In this document: positions 36,439 through 46,636 of the stretch, piece after piece
Layout: every line of letters begins with the position of its first letter
Numbering within the stretch: position 1 is the first letter of the stretch
DNA from: a virus
IMG/VR virus record: IMGVR_UViG_3300035701_000008
Location: 49,587 to 113,586 of that record
DNA: 64,000 nucleotides
Reading direction: 5' to 3' (one strand)
Position numbers and translations under genes: made by a program
Notes under the pieces: model-generated
Database searches by the model: none
Told to the model about the DNA's origin: nothing
Seen by the model: the letters and a program-made list of their open reading frames with translations, nothing else

Positions 36439-36770
36439 TGGCAATAAAGAAAACTACATACATAAATACAGAACTTGATTGGGCTGAAGAACAATTATCA
36501 AGCTGGAAGCAATACGTTGATGCTAATCCCTTACATACATTAGAGGATAGAATCAAATGGAAGGAAACTAAAGCTGGTGGTGCTATGCCTATGGTGATAG
36601 CAAGCATTGAAGCTCAGGGTAAGTTTGTACAAGAGACAATGAAAAACTATCTAGCTCTCCTTGAACAAGTGGAAAAGCTTAGAGAGAAAGAAGAAGCAAA
36701 GGTGGTTCCTGTTAGAGGTGGTGCTGAGCTTGGATCTATGGCAGAAGATTTTTTAAAAGGTAGAAGATGA
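36438..36770 (+). CDS. pre-terminase protein, possibly terminase small subunit
   Basis: Overlaps the TerL start (ATGA); helical. Confidence 0.45.
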   Translation: MAIKKTTYINTELDWAEEQLSSWKQYVDANPLHTLEDRIKWKETKAGGAMPMVIASIEAQGKFVQETMKNYLALLEQVEKLREKEEAKVVPVRGGAELGSMAEDFLKGRR

Positions 36771-38794
36771 TAGATGGTTTACAAAGTATTGACTACAAAG
36801 ACTGGTTCATTAACCAAAAGAGAGTTCCACAAAAAGATTCAGAGGAATATAGGGAGTTCTATGCTTTTCATAAACAACTATGTATTGATGGCTGTACAAT
36901 GGGAGGAGTTTATATCAATCCTTTTCTATATTGGCATTTAAACTTCTGGAATACAGAGGTGGATACAATAGATGAGAGAGGAAGGATTAATCAGAAATAT
37001 GCTAATCCATATCTACGTGATAACGAATGGATTATAACAAACGAAATAGATAGAGCACATATAGAAAAGAAAGGCCTAGTTATACTAGGCATTAGACGTT
37101 TAGCTAAGTCAGTAATTGAGAGCTCTTACATAGGTCATGGGGCAACGTTTGATGAAAACTCCCAGAACATTATTGCAGGATTGAATGCTCCCGATATAAA
37201 GCTTATTACAGATAAGATTGACAAAGGATTAAACTTCTTACCTGAAGCCTGGAGATGGCAGAGGGTAGAAGACAATTGGAAAAACCAAGTTACATTAGGG
37301 ATCAAGACAAAAGCAGGAGAGAGAATCCCCTTTTCTCAGATCCTTATTCGTAACTTAGATGGTGGTAACAATGAAGAAGCTATTGCAGGTACAAAACCTA
37401 GAAGGCTTATCATTGATGAGATAGGTAAGGGTAATTTTCTCAGAGGATTACAAGCTGCAACACCAGGTTTCACCACACCATTTGGATGGGGATGTAGCCC
37501 TATACTTACAGGTACAGGTGGAGATATGCAGAACTTCATGGATGCAAAAAGCTTAATGTTTGATGTACAGAATTTTAACTTCCTAGAATACAATAGTGTA
37601 AAGGATGATCAAAGAATCCATGGACTATTCATCTCCCATAAATATAGAATGGAAGCTAAAGAAGAATCTTCATTAGGAGCTTTTTTAGAACAACCAGCAG
37701 AATCAGAACTGCATAATGTAAAAATGCTAGTCTCTAATGAAGAGAAAGCAGATAAGATTACAAATGACAATCTTGAAAGATTAAAGAAAGCTGGTGATAG
37801 ACTAGCTTATTTAAAAGAGAAAATGTATTATCCACAAGAGGTGGATGATATATTCTTGAATGAAGATACAAACATATTTGATATAGAAGCATCTAAACGT
37901 CAGAAGACTAGACTATTAGCACAAGAAAGAACAGGTACACCTGTTATTTTATTTGATGATGGTGATGGTGTTAAACATGAGTTTACAGATAAACTTCCTA
38001 TATCAAACTTCCCACTTAAGAATAGTGATAACAAAGATGCTCCTGTAGTGATATATGAGTTTCCAGTTGAAAGTCCTCCATATGGATTATATGTAGCAGG
38101 TATTGACCCTTATAGACAGGGTAAGTCTGCTTATAGTTCGTCTTTAGGATCTGTGTATATATACAAACGTATGCACGCAATATCTGGAGAGAAGTATCAA
38201 GATATGTTTGTAGCTAGTTATTGTGCTAGACCAGACAAGAAAGAAACATGGGAAGAACAAGCTCGCTATCTAATTAAGTATTACAATGCTAGAGCACTAT
38301 GTGAGAATGATGAAATCTCTTTTATTGATTACATGATAGCTAAAGGAGATAGCCACTACCTTGAGAGACAACCAGATTGGTTAAAAGAAATAGTTCCAAA
38401 CACCACTGTTAGAAGAGACTTTGGAATACATAGATCTTCTGAGAAAATACGAGACTTCTTACATGGATGTCTTAAGAAATATACAGAAGAAGTTATACAT
38501 ACAGAGAAGGATGATAATGGAAACATTAAGTCTGAGATAAAGGGTATGGCTAAGATATTTGATCCTGTTCTACTTGAAGAAATGATTCAGTATAATGAAC
38601 AGGGTAACTTTGATAGAATTATTGCAGCAGAGCTTGCAATAGCTCTAGCAATGAAACTAGATCCCATTATGGGAAAAATAGGGGGAGAGCAAGATGTAAG
38701 AATACAATCAATGTTCAAGAAGAACAAAAAGAATAGACTGTTTACAGAAAGCAGAACAATGTTTAACACACCAAAAAATAAATTGTTTACATAA
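36767..38794 (+). CDS. terL: terminase large subunit
   Basis: LYWHLNF, LRDNEW, Walker A-like RRLAKS, Walker B LIIDEIGK, GTGG, AGIDPY, NFDRI. Confidence 0.92.
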   Translation: MIDGLQSIDYKDWFINQKRVPQKDSEEYREFYAFHKQLCIDGCTMGGVYINPFLYWHLNFWNTEVDTIDERGRINQKYANPYLRDNEWIITNEIDRAHIEKKGLVILGIRRLAKSVIESSYIGHGATFDENSQNIIAGLNAPDIKLITDKIDKGLNFLPEAWRWQRVEDNWKNQVTLGIKTKAGERIPFSQILIRNLDGGNNEEAIAGTKPRRLIIDEIGKGNFLRGLQAATPGFTTPFGWGCSPILTGTGGDMQNFMDAKSLMFDVQNFNFLEYNSVKDDQRIHGLFISHKYRMEAKEESSLGAFLEQPAESELHNVKMLVSNEEKADKITNDNLERLKKAGDRLAYLKEKMYYPQEVDDIFLNEDTNIFDIEASKRQKTRLLAQERTGTPVILFDDGDGVKHEFTDKLPISNFPLKNSDNKDAPVVIYEFPVESPPYGLYVAGIDPYRQGKSAYSSSLGSVYIYKRMHAISGEKYQDMFVASYCARPDKKETWEEQARYLIKYYNARALCENDEISFIDYMIAKGDSHYLERQPDWLKEIVPNTTVRRDFGIHRSSEKIRDFLHGCLKKYTEEVIHTEKDDNGNIKSEIKGMAKIFDPVLLEEMIQYNEQGNFDRIIAAELAIALAMKLDPIMGKIGGEQDVRIQSMFKKNKKNRLFTESRTMFNTPKNKLFT

Positions 38795-41379
38795 TGGCAA
38801 TAATTAGATATACAAAAGATGCTACCATCAGGTATGCATATTTAAACATCTTCCCTGATCAATTCAAAACTGAGAAAGAAAAGCAAGATGAGAGTTGGAT
38901 CAAGAATACAATGGATTATTTCTCAAACAAAGCATACGCTGAGTATATAAAGAATAGAGATACATTTGTTCCTAATTATGATCTTATGAAAGGAATCCTT
39001 CGTATGGAAGATTTCTATCAAGAACCAGAGGTGAGAAGCTTTACAGATGTTCTTACATCTGATCTTGAGCTTCCTGCTTATGTAAAAATGTATTCAATTA
39101 TCACCACTCCTGTAAATGAGTTAGTTGGAGAAATATCTAAAAGACCTGATACATTTAGAGTGAAAGCTTTTGATGATGATAGTAAATCAGAAGAACTTCA
39201 ATTTAAAACTGATACATTACAACAATATGTAATTAGTCAAGTTAAACAACAGCTTGCTCAAAAAGCAGCAATGGAAGGAGAAGAAATTGATGATGAGCAA
39301 TTACAACAAATGACAATGGAACAGGTTAAAGATGAGCTAGATAGCTATACATCTGTTGCAGAGAAATGGGCTAACCATATTCTTACATGTCAAAAAGCTG
39401 AGTTCAATCTTAAAGAAAAAAGTGAAGATGCATTTAGAGATATGTTAATATCTGCTAGACAGTTCTATCACATATATGAAGACAATAGCAAACTTGGATT
39501 TAACATTGAAGTGGCTAACCCAAAGAACACTTGGTTCCTCACTACACCAGATAGAAAATGGATTTCAGATCCAACAGGTAGAGCACAAGGAGCATATGCT
39601 GCTGGTACTGTACAAGTTATGGAACTTTCAGAAATTATTGAAAGCATACCAGATCTTACAAAAGAAGAGATAGACCACTTACGTAGTTCTTTGCAGGATT
39701 ATGGATTAATCAATGTACGTGAATCAAATCTTGGTAATCCAGATGCTGTTCCAGGACAAGACTCTGTAATGTATGATACATTTGATCCATTAGTTCTTCA
39801 GACAAGAATGATCATTGAATCAGAAATGAAAGAAAACAATGATGGGCTAAAAGACTTCTTAGGCTTAACTAATAATGTAAGCTCATTTGGATATAAGTAT
39901 GTAGTGGTAAGAACCTATTGGATATCTAAAAGAAAAATAGGTAAGTTAATCTTTATAGATGAGATGGGTAATGAGCAATCAATACTTGTTAGTGATGATT
40001 ACAAATCAGGAACTATACCTACACAACAATCATTAGAATGGGGATGGATTAACGAATGGTATCAAGGAACAAAGATTGGTCCAGACATCTATCATATAAA
40101 ACCATTCAAGTTATTAAATTATTGTCCTATTATAGGAACAACATATGAGGTGAAGAATACAGAAGCAAGAAGCTTAGTAGATCTTATGAAACCTTTTCAA
40201 GTGCTATACAATGTTTGTATGAACCAGCTTTACAAACTACTTGAGAAAGAAGTGGGTAAAGTGCAACTTATGTCATTAAGACATATTCCTATTCCTAAAG
40301 ATGGAGATGCACAAGATGCTCTTGATATATGGGAAATGGAAGCACGTAACAGAGGAGTGGTGTTTATTGATGACTCTCCTGAGAACATGAAGAGTCCTAG
40401 TTCATTTAATCAATTTACAGCTCTTGATCTTACACGTACACAGGAGATACAATCTAGATATACATTAGCTCAACAAGTTAAAGCTGAATGTTGGGAACTT
40501 GTAGGTATGTCTAAACAACGTATGGGATCTATTTCTGCCTCTGAAAGTGCAACAGGTACTAACACTGCTATGCAACAAAGTTATTCTCAAACAGAGCCTT
40601 TATTTGTTGCCCATGAATATGTTATGGGACAATTATATCAAGCTATCATAGATGCTGCTTTATATGTAGAATCATCCAAACCACAATCTACATTATCATA
40701 TATTACATCTGAAGGACAATCTGCATTTGTACAAGTGAATGGATCAGATCTCAAATTCAGAGATTTAAAAGTGTTCCTTACTAATAGACCAGAAGATACA
40801 CAGATGTTTAATGAACTTAGACAGCTTTCTCAAGCTATTATTCAAAATGGTGGCACACTTTATGATGTAATAGAATTGTATTCTACTAAGTCTCAAAGAG
40901 AACTTAAGAAAGTGTTCAAAGATCTTAGAGACAGACAAATTGCTCAACAAGAACAAGCTCAACAACTTGAACAACAAAAACTTCAACAGCAACAAGAAGC
41001 TCAACAAGCACAGTTACAACAAGCTATTCAAATGAAGCAAGCTGATCAAGCTCACGATGATTACCAAAAAGAACTTGATAGATTGTCTAAAAAAGAAATT
41101 GCAATCATTCAAGCTACAGGATTTGGTAAGGTGGAAAGTGAAGATGTTAATGATAATACCATCCCTGATGTATTAGAAGTTAGTAGACTAGCCAATGACC
41201 AAGATAAAGTTACAAAAGACTATGGCTTAAAGATGGCTGATATTCAATCTAAGAATAAACAAGCTAGTGATAAATTCTCTATAGAAAAAGAAAAATTACA
41301 AGTGGCTAGAGAGAATATGGCAAACGATCTTGCTGTTGCAAAAGAGAATGCTAAGGGCAGAAATAACAAAAAAGGTTAA
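38794..41379 (+). CDS. portal protein
   Basis: Follows TerL; NYDL..G, LVGE..KRP, EWYQGTKIG, SLVDLMKPFQ..YN, G.SKQR.G, Gln-rich barrel. Confidence 0.88.
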   Translation: MAIIRYTKDATIRYAYLNIFPDQFKTEKEKQDESWIKNTMDYFSNKAYAEYIKNRDTFVPNYDLMKGILRMEDFYQEPEVRSFTDVLTSDLELPAYVKMYSIITTPVNELVGEISKRPDTFRVKAFDDDSKSEELQFKTDTLQQYVISQVKQQLAQKAAMEGEEIDDEQLQQMTMEQVKDELDSYTSVAEKWANHILTCQKAEFNLKEKSEDAFRDMLISARQFYHIYEDNSKLGFNIEVANPKNTWFLTTPDRKWISDPTGRAQGAYAAGTVQVMELSEIIESIPDLTKEEIDHLRSSLQDYGLINVRESNLGNPDAVPGQDSVMYDTFDPLVLQTRMIIESEMKENNDGLKDFLGLTNNVSSFGYKYVVVRTYWISKRKIGKLIFIDEMGNEQSILVSDDYKSGTIPTQQSLEWGWINEWYQGTKIGPDIYHIKPFKLLNYCPIIGTTYEVKNTEARSLVDLMKPFQVLYNVCMNQLYKLLEKEVGKVQLMSLRHIPIPKDGDAQDALDIWEMEARNRGVVFIDDSPENMKSPSSFNQFTALDLTRTQEIQSRYTLAQQVKAECWELVGMSKQRMGSISASESATGTNTAMQQSYSQTEPLFVAHEYVMGQLYQAIIDAALYVESSKPQSTLSYITSEGQSAFVQVNGSDLKFRDLKVFLTNRPEDTQMFNELRQLSQAIIQNGGTLYDVIELYSTKSQRELKKVFKDLRDRQIAQQEQAQQLEQQKLQQQQEAQQAQLQQAIQMKQADQAHDDYQKELDRLSKKEIAIIQATGFGKVESEDVNDNTIPDVLEVSRLANDQDKVTKDYGLKMADIQSKNKQASDKFSIEKEKLQVARENMANDLAVAKENAKGRNNKKG

Positions 41380-41385
41380 AAAACT

Positions 41386-41403
41386 TCTCCTCGAAAGAGG
41401 AGA
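41386..41403 (+). terminator. hairpin after portal (terminator or processing site)
   Basis: TCTCCTC-GAAA-GAGGAGA with no U tract. Confidence 0.45.
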
Positions 41404-41521
41404 TAAAAATATTAATGCTATATTATCAAGAAAAACAGATCACATTGATACATAAGTCTTTGATATTAGAAACTCTTATTATACTTTTACAGAAATAAAC
41501 CAAACATAAATACAACTACAT

Positions 41522-42772
41522 ATGGCTGATAATTTAGATAACTTTAGTATCCAAGGTACTATGGAAATGGGAATGGGTAATCAAGAATTACTACAAGGGT
41601 TATTTGAACCTGAAACAGCATCATCTAATCCAGAAGATGTCACTCCAATTATTAAAGATGCTGATGCTCCTGATGCTCCTGCAGCACCAGAAGTAAAAAA
41701 AGGTAAGGATATTATTCCTCCTAAAAGCGTTGATGGTAAAACAGATGAAGAGAAAGCAGAAGGACAATCTATGATTGCTGATTTCTTAAGTGATGATGAT
41801 GATGATGAAGATGATGACAACACTCCTGCTCCAGCAAAACCTGCAAAAGCTCCAGAAGCTAATGCTGATGATGATGATGAACCACAAGGTACACAATTCA
41901 CTGCTCTTGCAAATGATCTTTATAAATTAGGTGTTTTCACATCTGATGATGAAGATGATCAAGAACCAGTAAACACTGCAGAAGAATTTTTAGAAAGATT
42001 TAATGAAGAAAAGAAAAAAGGTGCTAGTGAGATAGTACAAAACTTCATAGGACAATTTGGAGAAGACTATCAAGAAGCATTTGATGCCATATTTGTAAAA
42101 GGAGTTAATCCAAAAGATTACTTCACTACATATAACCAAGTAGTTGGATTTGCTGAGATGGATCTTGAAGATGAGGATAATCAAGTTAGAGTGATGAAAC
42201 AAGCTTTGACTAATCAAGGATTTGATCCAGAAGATGTAGAGACAGAAATTGAAAGATTAAAGAATTATGGTGATCTTGAAAATGTAGCTGCTAAACATCA
42301 CAAAGTGTTAGTTAAAAAAGAAGCTGCTAAGTTGCAAGACTTAGAAGCTAAATCTGAAGCTGATTTAAGACAAAAAGCTCAAGTCAGAAATCAATATATA
42401 AATAACGTGCAAACCATCTTAAATGATAAGGTGAAAGCAAAAGAGTTTGATGGTATTCCTATCAATCCAAAATTAGCAACAGAACTACAAGACTTCTTAT
42501 TAGTAGATAAATGGAAAACTCCTACAGGAGAAACCTTAACTGATTTTGATCGTGCTATTTTGGATCTTAAAAGACCAGAGAATCATGCACAGAAAGTTAA
42601 AATAGGACTTCTTTTAAAGATGTTAGAAAAAGATCCTACATTATCAACTATACAAAGAACAGGCGTTACAAAGAAATCTAACGAACTGTTTGGAGAAGTT
42701 GCAAGACAAGTAACAAAGGCTAAAACGCCTGGAGCTACAGGTGGTGCTAATTCAAAATCATGGTTCTTATAA
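41522..42772 (+). CDS. acidic scaffold-like protein
   Basis: Lies between portal and capsid genes; disordered D/E/P-rich N-terminus followed by helices. Confidence 0.7.
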   Translation: MADNLDNFSIQGTMEMGMGNQELLQGLFEPETASSNPEDVTPIIKDADAPDAPAAPEVKKGKDIIPPKSVDGKTDEEKAEGQSMIADFLSDDDDDEDDDNTPAPAKPAKAPEANADDDDEPQGTQFTALANDLYKLGVFTSDDEDDQEPVNTAEEFLERFNEEKKKGASEIVQNFIGQFGEDYQEAFDAIFVKGVNPKDYFTTYNQVVGFAEMDLEDEDNQVRVMKQALTNQGFDPEDVETEIERLKNYGDLENVAAKHHKVLVKKEAAKLQDLEAKSEADLRQKAQVRNQYINNVQTILNDKVKAKEFDGIPINPKLATELQDFLLVDKWKTPTGETLTDFDRAILDLKRPENHAQKVKIGLLLKMLEKDPTLSTIQRTGVTKKSNELFGEVARQVTKAKTPGATGGANSKSWFL

Positions 42773-42807
42773 CAAAATAAATAATTAATTAATCAAAACG
42801 AATAACA

Positions 42808-44370
42808 ATGGCAATTCAAACAATTCCTGGGTTAACTGGTTTTACTTATGCTCGTGTAGCGTCTATGGACAAACGTGCAGTAGGAAAACTAACAGACTCT
42901 AACCACTTAGAGAGTTTTCACTCTACTGAGCCTGCAGACTATGACAAGAAAATCATTTCTTTATATACACAGAGCTCGCTTTACAGTAATGACTTCTTAG
43001 ACATGATCAACAAAAGCACACCTTATTACATTGATAATAATAGTGATGCATGGAAATGGCAAATAGCAGTTCCTTACAAATTCCCAAAAATTATTGACAT
43101 TCCTGCTTCTACAGAAACTTTAATCAGTCAAAGTAAAACAGGTATTGATGGTCAAGAATTTCAATTAGTATTAGATACTAATGAGTTCTCTAAAAATGCT
43201 ATCATCTCTGTAGGTACACGTCAATATGGTCCACGTTTCTATGTGATCAAAGATCCAGTGCCTTGGAACATGGGATTCTTGTATACATTTACATTAGTAA
43301 CAGACAATCCTAAAGTAGATTTTGTTAATCCTGTATTCTTGCAATATGGTGTTGAACTAGAATTAGTTGATGCTGCTATTGGTGAATTTGATCAAGACTT
43401 ATTAGGTCTTCCAAGATTGGGTGAGCAAATCACAATGTTTGAATCATTAGGTTCTGCATATGGATATGAGCACAAAATCACAGAATGGGCTGATGACAAA
43501 ATGATGAGAGATGCTTCAGGTAAACCTCTTGACATTTTAGTGTATGCTCCACAAAGACGTAACCAATTACCACTTACACGTAATGATGTTAAATGGGAAC
43601 CGTTTATTGAATTCTGGATGCGTAAATCTATGATTGAATTGAAAGTTAAACGTATGATCTGGGCTAAACCAGGTACAGTTAAAACTAATGGTTCTAAACA
43701 AGAATTGAAACGTACATCTGCTGGTGTTTACCACAGAATGAGAAACAATGGTAACTTAGTACAATATAACAGAGGTGAATTCTCTGCTAACTTAATCCGT
43801 TCAGTATTTGGAGACTTGTTCTACAGAAGAGTGGATGTGAAAGACCGTTCAGTTAAAATGTATACTAATGAAGCTGGATTCGATGTATTCCAACAAGCTT
43901 TGAAAACAGATGCATTAAATTCAGGTCTTACATTCATGGCTGATTCTGGAAACAGATATTTGCAAGGTGAAGGACAACACATCACTTACAACTTTGCATT
44001 TGATGCAATGGTTACACGTGAGACTGGTAGAGTTGAATTGATTCACTTGAAAGAATTAGATTTACCACAATCAAACTTAGAGTTTGGACAAAACAAAAAA
44101 TCTACTCCAGTATTTATGGTGTTTGATGTTTCTCCAATGTCTGATGGTTCAATGGTAAATAACATTAGAGAAGTGAGAATGAAAGGTGCTCCTTCTATGA
44201 CATGGGGATATATTGATGGTACAAGACACCACTTAGGTTTTGCTAAATCTCAAGGAATGTCTTCTGCTAACAAATTCCCAGGATACGAAATCTGGATGAA
44301 AGACAGATGTGATGTATTTATTGAAGATTTGTCTAGAACTGTGTTGATCGAGGAAATCCCACAATTCTAA
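42808..44370 (+). CDS. major capsid protein, crAss-like
   Basis: 520 aa with optimal codons, LYSNDFL..I, LFYRR, TNEAG, YIDG..HHLG, GYE; position in the module. Confidence 0.9.
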   Translation: MAIQTIPGLTGFTYARVASMDKRAVGKLTDSNHLESFHSTEPADYDKKIISLYTQSSLYSNDFLDMINKSTPYYIDNNSDAWKWQIAVPYKFPKIIDIPASTETLISQSKTGIDGQEFQLVLDTNEFSKNAIISVGTRQYGPRFYVIKDPVPWNMGFLYTFTLVTDNPKVDFVNPVFLQYGVELELVDAAIGEFDQDLLGLPRLGEQITMFESLGSAYGYEHKITEWADDKMMRDASGKPLDILVYAPQRRNQLPLTRNDVKWEPFIEFWMRKSMIELKVKRMIWAKPGTVKTNGSKQELKRTSAGVYHRMRNNGNLVQYNRGEFSANLIRSVFGDLFYRRVDVKDRSVKMYTNEAGFDVFQQALKTDALNSGLTFMADSGNRYLQGEGQHITYNFAFDAMVTRETGRVELIHLKELDLPQSNLEFGQNKKSTPVFMVFDVSPMSDGSMVNNIREVRMKGAPSMTWGYIDGTRHHLGFAKSQGMSSANKFPGYEIWMKDRCDVFIEDLSRTVLIEEIPQF

Positions 44371-44515
44371 TAATAAAATTCCGAGAAGATTCCCCTCACC
44401 TCCTCTCCCTCCTAGAGGGGATGATTCTCAAACACTAGACTTCATGTCTGTGTATAGAGTGTTGAAATGGATAGTATCCAGGTTCAGGTTCCTTCGGTGG
44501 GACCACTCTACAAAT

Positions 44516-44589
44516 CGTGTGGTAGAGCAGTTGGTTAGCTTGCAAGACTCATAATCTTGAGGTCGTTGGTTCGAGTCCAACCCACGCAA
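44516..44589 (+). tRNA. tRNA-Met(CAT), initiator type
   Basis: CGTGTGG/CCACGCA with C1xA72 mismatch, D stem GAGC/GCTT, anticodon arm CAAGA-CTCATAA-TCTTG, T arm GTTGG-TTCGAGT-CCAAC; CCA not encoded. Confidence 0.92.
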
Positions 44590-44623
44590 CAAATTAAACC
44601 AAATTATTAAATTTAACTACATT

Positions 44624-45595
44624 ATGGGTAAAACAGGCAAAATTTCTACTATTAAGAGAGACTATTCAGAAAATTCTCAACAACAAACAATGGATAGTGG
44701 ACTATCACAAAAAGGAATGACAAGAATCCCTGGAACAGGTGTATTCAAATATCCTTATAAAGAATTGGATGGAAAGTACAGAACAGGCTTAGATGAGAAT
44801 GCTACGTACATTAAAAGAATCCAAGATCCTTTAGAAAAAGAATTAGAGATTGAAAGAGTAAAAAATCTTAGAGCAAAACTTGAGAATGAAATAGGAGATA
44901 TTGATTTAGGACCTCGTTCTAATTTTTGGAACTATGGACTATCAACTTCTACAGATGATCAAACACACGTTCAATCAGTTAAACTATTAGATGGTGATAA
45001 CTATTTTGATCTATCAAATGCTTTTCAAGAAATAGCTTTTTCATGGTTGAGAGTACATCCAACTATTGCTAGTTCATATCAAGCATGGGAAAGAGGTGAA
45101 TTTCCAGCAGATACACAATTCTATGTTGTAGATGATGAGATAGAAAATGCTGTAATCTACAAGAAAAAACAATTGATTAACAAAGCTATTGTTAAGTTTG
45201 ATTCTATGTCTCCTGAGAAGAAGAAAAAAGTTGCAAGACTTTTAGGTCTTCCAGTAACAGAAGAAACAAAAGAAGAAGTGGTTTACAACTTAGTAGATAA
45301 TGTATTGAAACAAACAGAATTCAAGAATGGTAAATATTCAGGATTGAGTCCAGTTGAAGTGTTCAATAGATTTGCAGATATGAAAGAAGCTTTACTCCAT
45401 ATAAAAGATTTAGTAAAACAAGCTGTAGCACATTCAGTATATAGAATCAAACCAAACGGTAAGGTTTATGAAGGTGAGTTTGAAATAGCTAAAGATGAAG
45501 ATGATTTAATTAAATTCCTTGCTGATGATGATAACCAAGATGAGTTATTAGTATTAGAAGGAAAATTAAAAACTAAAAAACTAGCTGCTATTTAG
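44624..45595 (+). CDS. conserved crAss-like post-capsid protein
   Basis: DGKYRTGLD, FW, L.DG.N.FDL; synteny with the capsid gene. Confidence 0.7.
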   Translation: MGKTGKISTIKRDYSENSQQQTMDSGLSQKGMTRIPGTGVFKYPYKELDGKYRTGLDENATYIKRIQDPLEKELEIERVKNLRAKLENEIGDIDLGPRSNFWNYGLSTSTDDQTHVQSVKLLDGDNYFDLSNAFQEIAFSWLRVHPTIASSYQAWERGEFPADTQFYVVDDEIENAVIYKKKQLINKAIVKFDSMSPEKKKKVARLLGLPVTEETKEEVVYNLVDNVLKQTEFKNGKYSGLSPVEVFNRFADMKEALLHIKDLVKQAVAHSVYRIKPNGKVYEGEFEIAKDEDDLIKFLADDDNQDELLVLEGKLKTKKLAAI

Positions 45596-45622
45596 TAGCT
45601 AGTTTTAAAAATATAAAAGCAT

Positions 45623-45871
45623 ATGATAACGTATGTAGTTATTAATTCAGGAAATAAAGTAAGAAAATGTTTCTTAGATGATAAAAAAGTAAATATAAAA
45701 AATGTAACACCAGTGGCTACATTAAATGAAAAAACTAATAAAATTATCTGGCTTGATGAAACATTTAAGAATAAAGAAATTAATACTCCTGTAATTGCTA
45801 TTAATTTCAATAAAAAACTAACAATAGATGACCCAAAAGGTATTTTTTGTATAGGGCATTTAAATAAATAA
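45623..45871 (+). CDS. very AT-rich inserted hypothetical protein
   Basis: Fills the gap between two conserved structural genes. Confidence 0.45.
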   Translation: MITYVVINSGNKVRKCFLDDKKVNIKNVTPVATLNEKTNKIIWLDETFKNKEINTPVIAINFNKKLTIDDPKGIFCIGHLNK

Positions 45872-45877
45872 AAACAT

Positions 45878-46609
45878 ATGATACCAGTAGATAGTTTATT
45901 ATATAAGATCGATCAGAAACTAAATAAACTATCAACTAATGAGCACCAACAGATTCAATTAGAAGACAAAATCTTAGCTTTGAATGAGGCTCAGATAAAG
46001 TTGATAAAGCAAAAGATTGATGGTATTAGTACTTCTAGTCAATTAGGGCAAGATTCATTTAAGAAACGTTATGAAGACTTACAGAGTCTTATATTAGATT
46101 ATAATCATCAACCATTGCCACTAGTATTAGAAGATCTTAATTTAAATCAATGGTCTGCTAATGTTCATGATCTTACGCCACAATATATGTTCTATGTAGA
46201 TTCATATGTTTTAGCTGATAAAGGAAGATGTAAGGATAGAAGAATATGGATTAATAGAGATCTTGCAAAGCATGGTGATCTTCAGTTTATATTAAACAAC
46301 GATCATTACAAACCAAGCTTTGAATACCAAGAAACATTTAATGTTCTTGCTTCTGATAAAATCTCTATATTCACTGATGGGACGTTCACTCCTAATAATA
46401 TACAGATAATGTACATGAGATATCCAGTTTATATAAACAAAGTAGGATATATAATGTTAGATGGTCTTCCATCATTTGATCAAGATTGTGAACTTGAATT
46501 ATATTTAGAGGATGAATTGTTAGACTTAACAGTACAGAATCTAGCAATGTATACTGAGAATGCTGCTGCAGTACAAAGTGCACAGTTCAGAATACAAACA
46601 AACGAATAA
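45878..46609 (+). CDS. head-tail ring/adaptor protein
   Basis: LNEAQ...IK, YMRYP, CEL...L.DELLDLTV. Confidence 0.65.
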   Translation: MIPVDSLLYKIDQKLNKLSTNEHQQIQLEDKILALNEAQIKLIKQKIDGISTSSQLGQDSFKKRYEDLQSLILDYNHQPLPLVLEDLNLNQWSANVHDLTPQYMFYVDSYVLADKGRCKDRRIWINRDLAKHGDLQFILNNDHYKPSFEYQETFNVLASDKISIFTDGTFTPNNIQIMYMRYPVYINKVGYIMLDGLPSFDQDCELELYLEDELLDLTVQNLAMYTENAAAVQSAQFRIQTNE

Positions 46610-46636
46610 ACTTTATTAACATTTAAATAAATTAAA

